Shown one piece after another: positions 49,950-60,298 of a stretch of DNA of 64,000 nt (the stretch's first letter is position 1; each line of letters opens with the position of its first letter). The notes under the pieces are model-generated. The model had not been told where the DNA came from. It saw nothing but the letters and a program-made list of their open reading frames with translations, and did not search any database. Origin of the DNA: an uncultured virus (IMG/VR IMGVR_UViG_3300009507_000010) (lineage: Duplodnaviria > Heunggongvirae > Uroviricota > Caudoviricetes); IMG/VR virus record IMGVR_UViG_3300009507_000010; one strand, written 5' to 3'. Both the position numbers and the translations under genes were made by a program.

Positions 49950-50405
49950 ATGGGTTGGTATTCAGAAGTATCGCGTGATATATCTAAGATTCCTGCGGCT
50001 GTACAGTTCTTTGAAGATGAGCTAATTAGTGCTCGTGTTGAAGTAAAGCTAAAGGGCAATGTGGAACGTGCTGCTGCTGAAATGCCGGGCATTGTTGAAC
50101 ATCGTTTCAATCAGCTTCAAGAGATTGAAGCAATCCTAAACTACTTGAACATCGAGCTACGTAGGTTGCGTAGCTCGTACTTTAAGAAATATCTCGAAAA
50201 CTATCAACGAGCTCTGTCAAGCCGTGACGTTGAAAAATACGTTGACGGTGAGGCAGACGTTGTTGACTATGAAAAGATTATCAACGAGTTTGCTCTTATG
50301 CGCAACAAATGGTTAGGTGTTCTTAAAGCACTTGATCAAAAGCAATGGCAAATTACAAACGTTGTTAAGCTAAGAGTAGCAGGTATGGAAGACGCTTCGA
50401 TATGA
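49950..50405 (+). CDS. uvsY: Recombination mediator UvsY
   Basis: Helical 151 aa; YLENYQRALSSRDVEKYVDGE...LKALDQKQWQITNVVKLRVAG; near uvsX. Confidence 0.75.
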   Translation: MGWYSEVSRDISKIPAAVQFFEDELISARVEVKLKGNVERAAAEMPGIVEHRFNQLQEIEAILNYLNIELRRLRSSYFKKYLENYQRALSSRDVEKYVDGEADVVDYEKIINEFALMRNKWLGVLKALDQKQWQITNVVKLRVAGMEDASI

Positions 50406-50617
50406 ATTGTGTAAAGTGTGGTACATCACTCAACAAAGGTTATTTAAGATGCAGAGCCTGCGGACACGATAATCCGCCGCCAGAGCCTCTTGACATTGTT
50501 GGGTATATGTTAGCAGGTGCTATACCTCTTATATGGTACCTTACTGGTTCGCTCATAAGTGCTGTATTAACTGTGGTAGGACTAACTGGCATATACTATC
50601 TAATGCTTCGCAAATAA
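50402..50617 (+). CDS. Small membrane protein with N-terminal zinc ribbon
   Basis: CVKC...CRAC followed by two hydrophobic segments. Confidence 0.55.
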   Translation: MNCVKCGTSLNKGYLRCRACGHDNPPPEPLDIVGYMLAGAIPLIWYLTGSLISAVLTVVGLTGIYYLMLRK

Positions 50618-50664
50618 TTATCAGTTCTAACATACTGGGCTAATCTTATTGTGTAAATATCTAC

Positions 50665-51444
50665 ATGAGCAGAGTAGTATTAGTAACAGGCGGCTTTGAT
50701 CCGCTACACAGTGGGCATATTGCTTACTTTAAAGCAGCAAAAGAACTAGGTGATCACTTAGTTGTTGGAATAAATTCAGATGATTGGCTTACCCGTAAGA
50801 AAGGTAGGCCTTTCATGCCCTTAGAAGAACGTGCAGCAATTATTAAAGAACTTGCATGCGTTGATGAAGTAATAGCTTTTAACGACAATGATGATAGTGC
50901 ATGTAACGCTATTATGCAAGTACTACAAACAAAAGGCAGTAGCTGGACTGTTGTATTTGCTAATGGTGGCGACAGGATAAACACTAACACTCCTGAATAC
51001 AAAGTATATGGTGAACACCCTTCTGTTGAATTTAAATGGAAGGTCGGCGGCAGTAATAAGGCCAATAGTTCGAGTTGGATACTAGACGAGTGGAAAACAC
51101 AAAAGACCGAACGTGACTGGGGTTACTGGCGTGTGTTAGATCACAAGCCTGAGCAAGGTTACAAAGTAAAGGAACTTGTAATATATCCTGGCAAAAGTTT
51201 AAGTGACCAACGACACCTTAAACGTTCGGAGCAATGGACAGTTTTAGAAGGCACTGTTAAAATGGAAACAGAGTGGAACAACTTAAAAAATGCTGTTCAT
51301 TTACAAGCACACGAACGCCCTTATGATATAGGTGTTAAAGTTTGGCACAAAGCATCAAACCCAGGAACAGAGAATGCACACATACTTGAAATACAACGAG
51401 GTAGTGAATGTATTGAAGAAGATATTGAAAGAAGAGATAAATGA
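50665..51444 (+). CDS. Cytidylyltransferase-family nucleotidyltransferase (RfaE/TagD-like) fused to a mannose-6-phosphate isomerase-type cupin
   Basis: VTGGFDPLHSGH (HxGH), GINSD, FANGGDR, SSS; C-terminal RDWGYW...SLSDQRHLKRSEQW...WHKASN...ILEIQ. Confidence 0.85.
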   Translation: MSRVVLVTGGFDPLHSGHIAYFKAAKELGDHLVVGINSDDWLTRKKGRPFMPLEERAAIIKELACVDEVIAFNDNDDSACNAIMQVLQTKGSSWTVVFANGGDRINTNTPEYKVYGEHPSVEFKWKVGGSNKANSSSWILDEWKTQKTERDWGYWRVLDHKPEQGYKVKELVIYPGKSLSDQRHLKRSEQWTVLEGTVKMETEWNNLKNAVHLQAHERPYDIGVKVWHKASNPGTENAHILEIQRGSECIEEDIERRDK

Positions 51445-52121
51445 AAGTATTTGTAGGTTACGACCCTAGAGAAGACATTGCATATCAAGTGTGCAAACAC
51501 AGCATTGAACGGCACAGCCCTCTGGCAAATGTCATTCCGCTTAAACAATCAGAGCTCAGAAGTGCAGGGTGGTATAATCGCCCTGTAGATAAACTAGCCA
51601 GCACTGAGTTTACGTTTACTCGATTTTTAGTTCCGGAACTTGCTAACTTTAATGGTTGGGCAGTGTTTATGGACTGCGATATGTTGCTTAGAACAGACAT
51701 TGCAGAGTTATTTGCACAAGCAGATGATACAAAGGCAGTAATGTGTGTACAACATGACTATTCACCTAAAGAAGGTATTAAGATGGATGGACAAAAACAA
51801 ACAGTTTATCCACGTAAAAATTGGTCTAGTGTGATGCTTATTAACTGTGGACATCCTGCTAACAAAAGACTTAACATAGACTTAGTAAATGAAAAAGAAC
51901 TTAACGGAGCATACTTTCATAGATTTAGTTGGTTAGAAAGTGACGAGTTGATTGGCGAGATATCACACGAATGGAATTGGTTAGTAGGACACTATAAAGA
52001 GCCAGAGGACGGCACTCCAAAATTATTACATTACACAGAAGGCGGCCCGTGGTTTGAAAACTATCGCGAGTGCGAATATAATCAAGATTGGAAAACTGAA
52101 CTTTTTGAGATGATGAAATGA
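51441..52121 (+). CDS. GT-A fold glycosyltransferase
   Basis: STEFTFTRFLVP, FMDCDML (DxD), YPRKNWSSVML, WNWLVG, LLHYTEGGPWF. Confidence 0.8.
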   Translation: MKVFVGYDPREDIAYQVCKHSIERHSPLANVIPLKQSELRSAGWYNRPVDKLASTEFTFTRFLVPELANFNGWAVFMDCDMLLRTDIAELFAQADDTKAVMCVQHDYSPKEGIKMDGQKQTVYPRKNWSSVMLINCGHPANKRLNIDLVNEKELNGAYFHRFSWLESDELIGEISHEWNWLVGHYKEPEDGTPKLLHYTEGGPWFENYRECEYNQDWKTELFEMMK

Positions 52122-52915
52122 TAATCTTTGACCATACAGATTCTATACTAGAACTGTGGAGGACCGGTACTAACGGTACATACGGACACTTAGAGCAGTT
52201 ACACCTTATTGATAAGTCTATTCCCGTTGCAATACGAGGAATGACTAAACGAAAAATAATGGCCCGCTGTAACGAAGAAGGTCGTGATTATTATTATATA
52301 GACACTGGATACTTAGGAAATTTAGGCAAGCGTAAAGATTTTCACAGAGTTGTTAAAAATAATGTACAACACTTAACTCCAATAGAAGTTCCTGATGACA
52401 GATACAAAGCACTAGTACAGCATACTAACGAATGGCCGATATATTTTCCAGGTTGGCGTAAAGGAGGACATGCTATACTAATTGTTACTCCTAGTGAAAA
52501 ACCCTGCAAGTATTACGGCATTACTAGAGACGAATGGCTTAATGATACTATTGTTAAAATAAAACAGCACTCCGATAGGCCAATTATTATTAGAGATAAG
52601 CCGCCTCGCAGAGAGCGTGTAGGCGATAGCAGCATCTTTAATCAAATGATACAAGATAAGATATTTGCAGTAGTTACATACAATAGTATTGCTGCAACTG
52701 AAGCAGTTTCCTTTGGCGTACCTGCATTTGCTAATGCTCCAAACGCTGCACATTCTGTATGTTCGAACGACTTTACACAAATTGAAAATCCATATTACCC
52801 TCCACGTGAGCAGGTTGCTAAATGGATACACTGGTTAGCTTACTGTCAGTATAATACTTCTGAATTAAACAGTGGCCGTGCATACAAGATACAGGAGAAG
52901 TATAATCTATGTTAG
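52118..52915 (+). CDS. KpsS/KpsC-like capsule-synthesis glycosyltransferase
   Basis: YYYIDTGY; PIIIRDKP; VVTYNSIAATEAVSFGVPAF; W...LAYCQY. Confidence 0.6.
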   Translation: MIIFDHTDSILELWRTGTNGTYGHLEQLHLIDKSIPVAIRGMTKRKIMARCNEEGRDYYYIDTGYLGNLGKRKDFHRVVKNNVQHLTPIEVPDDRYKALVQHTNEWPIYFPGWRKGGHAILIVTPSEKPCKYYGITRDEWLNDTIVKIKQHSDRPIIIRDKPPRRERVGDSSIFNQMIQDKIFAVVTYNSIAATEAVSFGVPAFANAPNAAHSVCSNDFTQIENPYYPPREQVAKWIHWLAYCQYNTSELNSGRAYKIQEKYNLC

Positions 52916-53838
52916 TAGCAAGTTATATGAGAGGTATCCCTGCAAACAACAGAAATCCAGAGAAGCCCGAAATTATTAACAACTTTGTAAAAGGCGTTAA
53001 CATTCACGAAGGAGACCGCGGAGTAGTATGCTGGGACAATAATCCAATAGAGTGCGATGTAGCAGTTATACAAGGCTATGTACACGAACGATCTGAAGGT
53101 AGCCCTCACCTAAGACTTCGCCGAGCAGTTTTAGACCATCAAGAAAAAAGAAACAAGCGTACGATTGTAGTTGATAGTAATTTGTTTTTATATAAAGATT
53201 CAGGCAATACTAATCGATACTTGCGCTATAGTTATGACGGAGTTTTTCCTACTACTGGCGAATACTGCAATGATAGTTATGATCCAATGCGCTGGGAGAA
53301 ACTCAGCAAAGATATTGGATTTTCTTTGCAGCCTTATCGAGGCAACAAAGGTAAGTTCATAGTTATATGTGCGCAACGTGATGGCGGGTGGAGCATGGGA
53401 GGCAAGAGTGTTGTAGACTGGGTATTAGAAATATTGCCAGAAATTAAAAAATATTCTGACAGACCTGTAATGCTACGTTTTCATCCTGGCGACGGCAATT
53501 GGAGAATGCACTACAAACGATTAATTAAATCTGGCATCATTTTAAGTAGAAGTAAGACACTAATGGACGATCTAGGACAAGCAGCAGCAGTTATCACATA
53601 TAACAGTAGCCCTGGTGTTGCAGCAGCTATTGAAGGTATTCCTGTGTTTGTTACAGACCCGTTGCCTGAACAGAGCCAAGCATTTGCAGTAGCACATACT
53701 AGTTTAAGTAGGTTAACAAATCCAGAAGAATTTGACAGAGAAGAATGGATTAAGAAACTAGCAATGTGTCACTGGAATCAAGAAGACTTAAAAAACGGTG
53801 AGTGTTGGAAATGGATGCGGCGCTGGGCTACCAAGTAA
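52909..53838 (+). CDS. KpsS/KpsC-like capsule-synthesis glycosyltransferase
   Basis: ICAQRDGG; RPVMLRFHP; VITYNSSPGVAAAIEGIPVF; REEWIKKLAMCHW. Confidence 0.65.
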   Translation: MLVASYMRGIPANNRNPEKPEIINNFVKGVNIHEGDRGVVCWDNNPIECDVAVIQGYVHERSEGSPHLRLRRAVLDHQEKRNKRTIVVDSNLFLYKDSGNTNRYLRYSYDGVFPTTGEYCNDSYDPMRWEKLSKDIGFSLQPYRGNKGKFIVICAQRDGGWSMGGKSVVDWVLEILPEIKKYSDRPVMLRFHPGDGNWRMHYKRLIKSGIILSRSKTLMDDLGQAAAVITYNSSPGVAAAIEGIPVFVTDPLPEQSQAFAVAHTSLSRLTNPEEFDREEWIKKLAMCHWNQEDLKNGECWKWMRRWATK

Positions 53839-54472
53839 GTATCCAATCTTTGTTAAAGTTAATGACACGCTTCATGCCCCAACTTTCTAATAGTTGTACA
53901 GCAGGAAGCGTTTCTCTATCTTCCTGATATTCGTGATTTTGTTGTTCAACAATCATCATAGGACGATTACGTAGTATAGTTTCTTTTGCTCCATTAAGGA
54001 TCGGAACTTCATATCCTTCGCAATCAACTTTAATTAAATCAACTTCGTTAAATACAAAACTATCAAGAGTACGCATAGGAGTTTTGCCCTTACCGAAACT
54101 GTTAGGATTAACGTGACTATGTCCAGTATTATCAGGAGTAATAATCATATCAATTTCACTTTCAACTTCGCCTAGTGCAACAGGGTGTAGTGTATAATTG
54201 TCATGCTTCGTATTTTTAAACAAGCAATCTTGAAAGTCATTTACAGGTTCAAACGAATGTACATGATCAAAATCTTTTACAAGATCCATAGTCCATAAAC
54301 CTACATTAGCACCTATGTCTAGAGCAAGTCGTTTAGATTCTAATAAGCTAATTGCGTGGTCTCTTACACGATGTTGATAGCGTACACAGTTATCTTTTTT
54401 AAGACTTTTGTCTAGCATACGTTGAAAATGAGTTTCTACATCAGGGAGAAATATTCCTAAGTGTTCTATCAT
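53828..54472 (-). CDS. FkbM-family methyltransferase
   Basis: LDIGANVGLW; SFEP; ALGE; TLDSF...IKVDCEGYEVPILNGA. Confidence 0.88.
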   Translation of the reverse strand: MIEHLGIFLPDVETHFQRMLDKSLKKDNCVRYQHRVRDHAISLLESKRLALDIGANVGLWTMDLVKDFDHVHSFEPVNDFQDCLFKNTKHDNYTLHPVALGEVESEIDMIITPDNTGHSHVNPNSFGKGKTPMRTLDSFVFNEVDLIKVDCEGYEVPILNGAKETILRNRPMMIVEQQNHEYQEDRETLPAVQLLESWGMKRVINFNKDWILTW

Positions 54473-55305
54473 TTCCAGTAATCCTCTGTTCTAGTAACCA
54501 TAATATCTTTCTTATCAGACTTGCCTTTGTCTTTACGTCCGCCTTTCATATGGTCAATCCATTTTCCTAACGGTCCGTTAATCAAAGGATGTCCGCCACC
54601 GCCCGACTTTGCTTCTCTAAGATACATGTCTGCACTATAGTCATGTGATGGAAATTCTTTATACTTCTTTAGTAGCTCGCCAAACACATAACTGTCGTGC
54701 CATTCGTCGAGTGTAAAGATACCGTTCTCTGCATCTTCGTACATACGTTCAAAGTCTTCTAAGAAGCTGTGGCACACAGGATGATTTAAGTTCATACCAT
54801 AGAAGCCGCACTCAGGCCAAGTCTGTGATCCTTTGCCTCTGCCTACATATGTAATGTAAGCATTGTCAGGTAACAGCTCACTAAACTGTTCGTAACTCCA
54901 ATCACTGTGTACAAACGTATCTGCATCCATCCATACACACCAACCCTTAGAGCGTGTACAAGCGTCATATACTGCGTATGTTTTATTAGCAAATCTAACA
55001 GCATCCCACTTGAATTCTTTCATCCAATCGCGACGTGTGTGACGCTGTGGTTCATTACTAACATCGCCATTAGCTTTAGGAACATTGCCCCACTTTTCTT
55101 TAAATGCATTTAGTTTAGGTAACGCTTGTTTTGCGTCAATGATTTCAATGCGATCTGGATCAGGGTTATTAGGTTTACAATCTTCTGCATATACCAACAA
55201 CTTAATACGCTTGTCTACCCTTGCTGCAAAACTGTCTAAAAATCTTTGTCCGTATTTTGTTAATCCTGCTGGGTGAAAAGTTGTAACCACAGTTATTGCT
55301 GGCAT
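54469..55305 (-). CDS. Glycosyltransferase/nucleotide-diphospho-sugar transferase
   Basis: VWMDADT (DxD); ECGF; EWHDSYVF; DHMKG; start moved to MPAITVVT at 55305 (RBS AAAGGA). Confidence 0.7.
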   Translation of the reverse strand: MPAITVVTTFHPAGLTKYGQRFLDSFAARVDKRIKLLVYAEDCKPNNPDPDRIEIIDAKQALPKLNAFKEKWGNVPKANGDVSNEPQRHTRRDWMKEFKWDAVRFANKTYAVYDACTRSKGWCVWMDADTFVHSDWSYEQFSELLPDNAYITYVGRGKGSQTWPECGFYGMNLNHPVCHSFLEDFERMYEDAENGIFTLDEWHDSYVFGELLKKYKEFPSHDYSADMYLREAKSGGGGHPLINGPLGKWIDHMKGGRKDKGKSDKKDIMVTRTEDYWK

Positions 55306-55344
55306 GTTAAATCCTTTGTTAAATATAGTATAGGTATTTAACAA

Positions 55345-56184
55345 ATGAAATTTAGTTTATGGACAAATTATGGCGCACTTAATAGCAGACCGGTGTTTGA
55401 TGCTTTTGCAAATAGTATTATGGATGCTGGGCATACTGTTAGTTACAATGATAACACTGCCGACATTGATGTTATTTGGAGTGTGCTTTTCCACGGCCGC
55501 ATGGCTAGAAACAAAACTATCTGGTGCAACAAAAAGCCTACTATAGTTCTCGAAGTAGGCGGCATACAACGTGGCACAACTTGGAAGGTAGGACTCAATG
55601 GAATTAATAGAGATGCTTATTTTGGTCCCGTGGGGAATAGCAGTAACCGTGCTAATCTTCTTGGACTTGTTTTAAAACCTTGGCAAACAGACAGTGAATA
55701 TATTCTTATATGTGGACAACACGATAAGAGTTTACAGTGGCAAGGCATGCCAAGTATGAGCGATTGGTTTATGCAAACTTACAGAGAAATCCGCAAGCAT
55801 ACTGATCGTCCGATAATATTTAGACCGCATCCGCGATGTCAGCTACCACATATTATAGAACTAGGACTAAAAAATGTTTACAGACAAAATCCTATAAAGA
55901 TAGACGGCTCGTACGATGACTTTGACATGCAGTTTGACCGTGTACACGCTACTGTAAGCTGGAGTAGCAATCCAGGTATACACAGTGTACTCAACGGCGT
56001 TCCAGCGTTTGTAGGGCCCAGCTCGTTGGCGTATGACGTATCTATAAAGACACTTGCCAACATAGACAATCCTCCAGTAGTAGACAGACAGCAATGGCTT
56101 AATGACTACGCACACACTGAATGGACTGTTGAAGAAATTTCTCAAGGAATACCTTTAAAACGCTTGACATCTAAACTGTTTTAG
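55345..56184 (+). CDS. KpsS/KpsC-like capsule-synthesis glycosyltransferase
   Basis: LICGQHDKS; RPIIFRPHPR; TVSWSSNPGIHSVLNGVPAF; RQQWLNDYAHTEW. Confidence 0.65.
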   Translation: MKFSLWTNYGALNSRPVFDAFANSIMDAGHTVSYNDNTADIDVIWSVLFHGRMARNKTIWCNKKPTIVLEVGGIQRGTTWKVGLNGINRDAYFGPVGNSSNRANLLGLVLKPWQTDSEYILICGQHDKSLQWQGMPSMSDWFMQTYREIRKHTDRPIIFRPHPRCQLPHIIELGLKNVYRQNPIKIDGSYDDFDMQFDRVHATVSWSSNPGIHSVLNGVPAFVGPSSLAYDVSIKTLANIDNPPVVDRQQWLNDYAHTEWTVEEISQGIPLKRLTSKLF

Positions 56185-56192
56185 TATATAAT
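56164..56192 (+). promoter_or_regulatory. Consensus sigma70 promoter
   Basis: TTGACA(56164-56169)-17 bp-TATAAT(56187-56192); RBS AAGGAG downstream. Confidence 0.85.
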
Positions 56193-56219
56193 AGTAATAT
56201 TACTAAAGGAGCATTATGG

Positions 56220-57404
56220 ATGTTAAACGTTACTGTAGAAGATTGTTTAGAACTTCTAACTGGTTTAAATAAAATAGAAAACTATAAATTTGAACTAGAA
56301 AGCTCTGACTACAATATTCTAACCAGTGTTGCTAGGCAAGTATTCAAAGGTGTTGCGCTGACTGATAGACAGTATGACATGTTAGCACAAAAGTTAGAGA
56401 AATATACTACACAGTTCGAAGCTCAAGGTATTGATTTAACAAACGTATTAGAACGTAAAATTTTAAGAAATCCTTTTAGAGAAGTTGACCGAACACAGCG
56501 CATTTATATAGATAACAAACTTATTGTTGCACAATTTCCCTTTAACAAGAAACTTATTTCTAAAATACAAAAACTTCGTGACGATGCTGACGGCCAAATT
56601 ACCAATAATGAAAATAAATGGAAGTTTGAACTATCAGAAGGAAACGTGTTGCTTATAGGAAAAACTTTAGACAAGTTTGAATTTTCAAATGAGTTTCAAG
56701 AGTTATTTGACCAAGTTAGTAGTTTTGTATACGAAGAACACGTTCCTGGAATATACAAAGAAGACAATCAGTATGTATTAAAGAATGTGCATCCAGACGC
56801 AATAAAAAATGTTACAACTGATTGCGGTCCTATTGATTCAAATGTTTTAAAGTATGTTGATCGCAGAAATCAATATGGCATTGTACACTGTGATGTAGAA
56901 TCTACTCTTGACACTTTAGAAGAAAAAATAGCATATAGAAAGACGTCATCAGTTTATATTCCAGATGACTATAGTATAGACGAACTTGTTGACTCTATCG
57001 AAACGCTAGGCAGATATCCTGTATTAGTTGTAGCAGACGAGACTAATTTAATTCACTTGTATGAATATTACAATAGCTTTTCAAGATATGTACCTAACAA
57101 TAAACAGTCGGTGATGTTTCGTCTTTCTAACGAAACGCAAACAGAACGAAACTTTAACCAGTGGGTTAAAGATAACAAATTAAACAATTGGGTTGACAAC
57201 ACTACTAAAATAGTGTATATTAATGCTAGTAAAGTTCCTAAACCGGTACTAAAGAATTATGACCCTCAGTGTTTACTTAATTTGTCTACTAGTATTAGGA
57301 CATATGGAGTTAAACAATTATGGTTAGAACACATTAGCGATTTAAGAATATTTTATGCAACCAAGCCTTTGGCTATGAGAAATATGGACACTATTACTAA
57401 ATGA
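56220..57404 (+). CDS. Hypothetical protein upstream of helicase
   Basis: 394-aa ORF; no motif recognised. Confidence 0.75.
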   Translation: MLNVTVEDCLELLTGLNKIENYKFELESSDYNILTSVARQVFKGVALTDRQYDMLAQKLEKYTTQFEAQGIDLTNVLERKILRNPFREVDRTQRIYIDNKLIVAQFPFNKKLISKIQKLRDDADGQITNNENKWKFELSEGNVLLIGKTLDKFEFSNEFQELFDQVSSFVYEEHVPGIYKEDNQYVLKNVHPDAIKNVTTDCGPIDSNVLKYVDRRNQYGIVHCDVESTLDTLEEKIAYRKTSSVYIPDDYSIDELVDSIETLGRYPVLVVADETNLIHLYEYYNSFSRYVPNNKQSVMFRLSNETQTERNFNQWVKDNKLNNWVDNTTKIVYINASKVPKPVLKNYDPQCLLNLSTSIRTYGVKQLWLEHISDLRIFYATKPLAMRNMDTITK

Positions 57405-58864
57405 GTACCTGCAAACTAATTATTGAAGATGAAGTAAACATTAAGATTGAAGGTCTAGAAGTAGATGTTCGTCGACAACTTGCTAATGCTCTTAAGTTTG
57501 AAGTGCCGTATGCAAAGCATATGCCGCAGTATAAACTAGGACGCTGGGATGGTAAAGTTGCTTTCTTTGGTATTGGCGGCAGCGGATATGTTAATCACCT
57601 TGATGTAGTACAGCAAGTACTTGCAAAGAATCGAGTACAAATTGTTGACATTGAAGACAGACGCCATCCAATACAATTTAACTTTACTCCAGTTACAGAA
57701 CGTTACTGGGCAGACCAAGGTGTTTGTTGGCCAGACGGTCATCCTGTAGCAGGTACAGAAATCATTCTACGTGACTATCAAGTAGAAGCAATTAATAACT
57801 TTCTACAAAACCCACAGAGCTTGCAACAGATTGCTACTGGTGCAGGTAAGACAATTACAACAGCAACGCTGTCACACATAACTGAGCCCTACGGTCGTAG
57901 TCTTGTTATTGTTCCTAACAAATCACTTGTTGAACAAACAGAAGAAGACTATATTAACTGTGGGCTTGATGTAGGGGTGTACTTCGGCGACAGAAAGAAC
58001 TTAGGTAAGACTCACACTATTTGCACTTGGCAGAGTTTGAATATTCTAGACAAGAAGCACAAGGACGGTTCAGCAGTGTTATCACTTGCAGAGTTCCTAG
58101 AAGGTGTAAGCACTATTATTGTTGACGAAGTACACCAAGCCAAAGCAGAAGTTCTTAAGAACCTGCTCACTCGCAACCTACGTAATGCACCCATTCGTTG
58201 GGGACTAACTGGCACAGTGCCCAAAGAGAAGTTTGAATTTGAAAGTATTCATGCTAGCTTGGGTCCTGTTATTGGACAGATTAGTGCTAAGGAATTACAA
58301 GACAAAGGTGTGCTATCACAATGTCATGTTAATATTGTACAATTAATTGATACTGTATCACACGCCGGCTATCAAGAAGAATTAAAATATCTTGTAACTA
58401 ATACTGACAGGATTGAATACTTAGGCAAACTATTAAACAACGTAAAAGAATCAGGCAACACACTTATACTCGTAGATAGAATCAGCGCAGGACAAATGCT
58501 TGCTGAACTAATACCTAACAGCACGTTTATTAGCGGTGCTGTCAAAGTTAAAGACAGGAAGGAAACATATGATACAATTCGCGAAGGAACTAATGAAGTC
58601 ATTATCGCAACCTACGGGGTCGCTGCGGTGGGACTTAATATACCTCGTATTTTTAACTTGGTGCTTTTGGAGCCTGGCAAATCATTTGTAAGGGTAATTC
58701 AAAGTATTGGACGCGGCGTAAGAATAGCAAAAGACAAAGACTTCGTGCAAATATGGGATCTTACATCAACGTGTAAGTTTGCGAAGCGACATCTAACTCA
58801 GCGTAAGAAATTTTACAAAGAAGCAGAATATCCCTTTACAATTGAAAAGGTAGATTGGAACTAA
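57401..58864 (+). CDS. uvsW: SF2 DNA helicase UvsW
   Basis: LRDYQ; ATGAGKT; IVDEVH; GLTGT; GLNIP; IQSIGRGVR. Confidence 0.9.
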   Translation: MSTCKLIIEDEVNIKIEGLEVDVRRQLANALKFEVPYAKHMPQYKLGRWDGKVAFFGIGGSGYVNHLDVVQQVLAKNRVQIVDIEDRRHPIQFNFTPVTERYWADQGVCWPDGHPVAGTEIILRDYQVEAINNFLQNPQSLQQIATGAGKTITTATLSHITEPYGRSLVIVPNKSLVEQTEEDYINCGLDVGVYFGDRKNLGKTHTICTWQSLNILDKKHKDGSAVLSLAEFLEGVSTIIVDEVHQAKAEVLKNLLTRNLRNAPIRWGLTGTVPKEKFEFESIHASLGPVIGQISAKELQDKGVLSQCHVNIVQLIDTVSHAGYQEELKYLVTNTDRIEYLGKLLNNVKESGNTLILVDRISAGQMLAELIPNSTFISGAVKVKDRKETYDTIREGTNEVIIATYGVAAVGLNIPRIFNLVLLEPGKSFVRVIQSIGRGVRIAKDKDFVQIWDLTSTCKFAKRHLTQRKKFYKEAEYPFTIEKVDWN

Positions 58865-59371
58865 ATGCAAATATTAACATTAGAAAACACAACATACAAT
58901 TTAAACAATCTTCCAGATAAAATTAACGATGACATACGGTTTGCTGTTTTAGATAACAATGTACCTGCAGAATCAGACTTTTACTGGATACCATTAATAT
59001 TTTTGGAATCGTTTAATAGCCCGGCCATTGTGCTAAACATAGGCGGAACAGAAATAACAATGCCAATTGATTGGAACATAGTTGTTGGTTGTCAAGAAAG
59101 TGGCACCGACTTAGAAGTTATTCCACTAACAAGTGTAGCAGACAGAGGCTTTGATGTATTCCTCTTTAATCCACATACATCATTCGTAGCTCAGTGGGGA
59201 AGCCTTGAAGTAACAAACTTTTACAATGATGTGAAATGGTTCTTTCCTAAAATGAAAAATAATCAAATGCTAGCTGTTCCGCTAGAAGAAGGCAGTAATC
59301 CAATGTGTGCATTCTTCTGCAAAGACGTTAGTAGATCCAGCGAGCTAATAGATTTTGGAAACTTACTATGA
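58865..59371 (+). CDS. Hypothetical protein
   Basis: 168-aa ORF abutting uvsW. Confidence 0.7.
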   Translation: MQILTLENTTYNLNNLPDKINDDIRFAVLDNNVPAESDFYWIPLIFLESFNSPAIVLNIGGTEITMPIDWNIVVGCQESGTDLEVIPLTSVADRGFDVFLFNPHTSFVAQWGSLEVTNFYNDVKWFFPKMKNNQMLAVPLEEGSNPMCAFFCKDVSRSSELIDFGNLL

Positions 59372-59943
59372 CATTATACAGCAAGGACTATACAAATCAA
59401 CTTAAACAGTTGCACGAAAAGAAACAATCATTCGGCAGCCGAACCGGACTAGGCGACATTCAACAATGGATTGAAAAGTATAATCCGGAGACCTTTTTAG
59501 ACTACGGCTGCGGCAAAGGCGGACTAGTTAACACACTCAACGACATGATTCCAAATAGTTGTGTTGGTTATGATCCGGGCAATGCCGAGTACGCTGCTGA
59601 GCCGCCAGGTCCTGCAGAGATGCTTATTAGTACTGATGTACTAGAACATATCGAGCCCGAGTATATCGATGCTGTGTTACAACACATAGATAAACACTTT
59701 ACTCGAGTAGCGTACTTGCTGATTGCAACTTGTCCTGCAAAGAAAAGTTTACCTGATGGCCGCAACGCACACTTAATTCAAGAAGAGCCAGACTGGTGGC
59801 GCCCTCTACTACTAAAAAATATTAATGCAAAGATTGTAGACGAAAAGTATAAACTAGGTACTTGGACTAATAAGAAGACTGGACAAGACCATCCAAACAA
59901 CAAGTTTATCGTAGTATTAGAAAAGAGTAGCAATGGGAATTAA
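59368..59943 (+). CDS. Class I SAM-dependent methyltransferase
   Basis: FLDYGCGKG; GYDP; STDVLEHIEP. Confidence 0.85.
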   Translation: MTLYSKDYTNQLKQLHEKKQSFGSRTGLGDIQQWIEKYNPETFLDYGCGKGGLVNTLNDMIPNSCVGYDPGNAEYAAEPPGPAEMLISTDVLEHIEPEYIDAVLQHIDKHFTRVAYLLIATCPAKKSLPDGRNAHLIQEEPDWWRPLLLKNINAKIVDEKYKLGTWTNKKTGQDHPNNKFIVVLEKSSNGN

Positions 59944-60298
59944 GGCAGGAAAAATTTGGGGTTCAACTGAACTGATCCACGCTAACGGTGTACTAGAGTT
60001 TCATCGTATTGAATATAAAGCAGGATATAAATGTTCAGAACACGAACACGAATTTAAATGGAATGGATTTTTTGTTGAATCGGGCAAGATGATTGTTCGA
60101 GTTTGGCAAGATGATCAAGGACTAGTTGACGAGACTATTCTTGAAGCAGGCGACTTTACACAAGTAAAGCCCGGCAAGATCCATCAGTTTGAAGGTTTAG
60201 AAGACGGTGTCGCTTTTGAACTATACTGGGCGGAATTTAATCACGATGACATTGTTCGTCGTACAAGCGGCACAGAAGTAGAAAGTAAAAAGAAATGA
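59933..60298 (+). CDS. Cupin (sugar isomerase-like)
   Basis: KIWG; CSEHEHEFKWNGFFVESG; VKPGKIHQF. Confidence 0.75.
   Translation: MGIKAGKIWGSTELIHANGVLEFHRIEYKAGYKCSEHEHEFKWNGFFVESGKMIVRVWQDDQGLVDETILEAGDFTQVKPGKIHQFEGLEDGVAFELYWAEFNHDDIVRRTSGTEVESKKK

Noticed and set aside
57193..57221. TTGACA-17-TATATT inside the ORF upstream of uvsW
   Set aside because: Plausible internal promoter, but the -10 is imperfect, it lies in coding sequence about 180 bp from the next start, and AT-rich DNA gives chance matches; not listed as a feature.
43889..58864. Inteins or introns in terminase, UvsX or UvsW
   Set aside because: Protein lengths and motif spacing look normal and no intein splice-junction motifs were seen.
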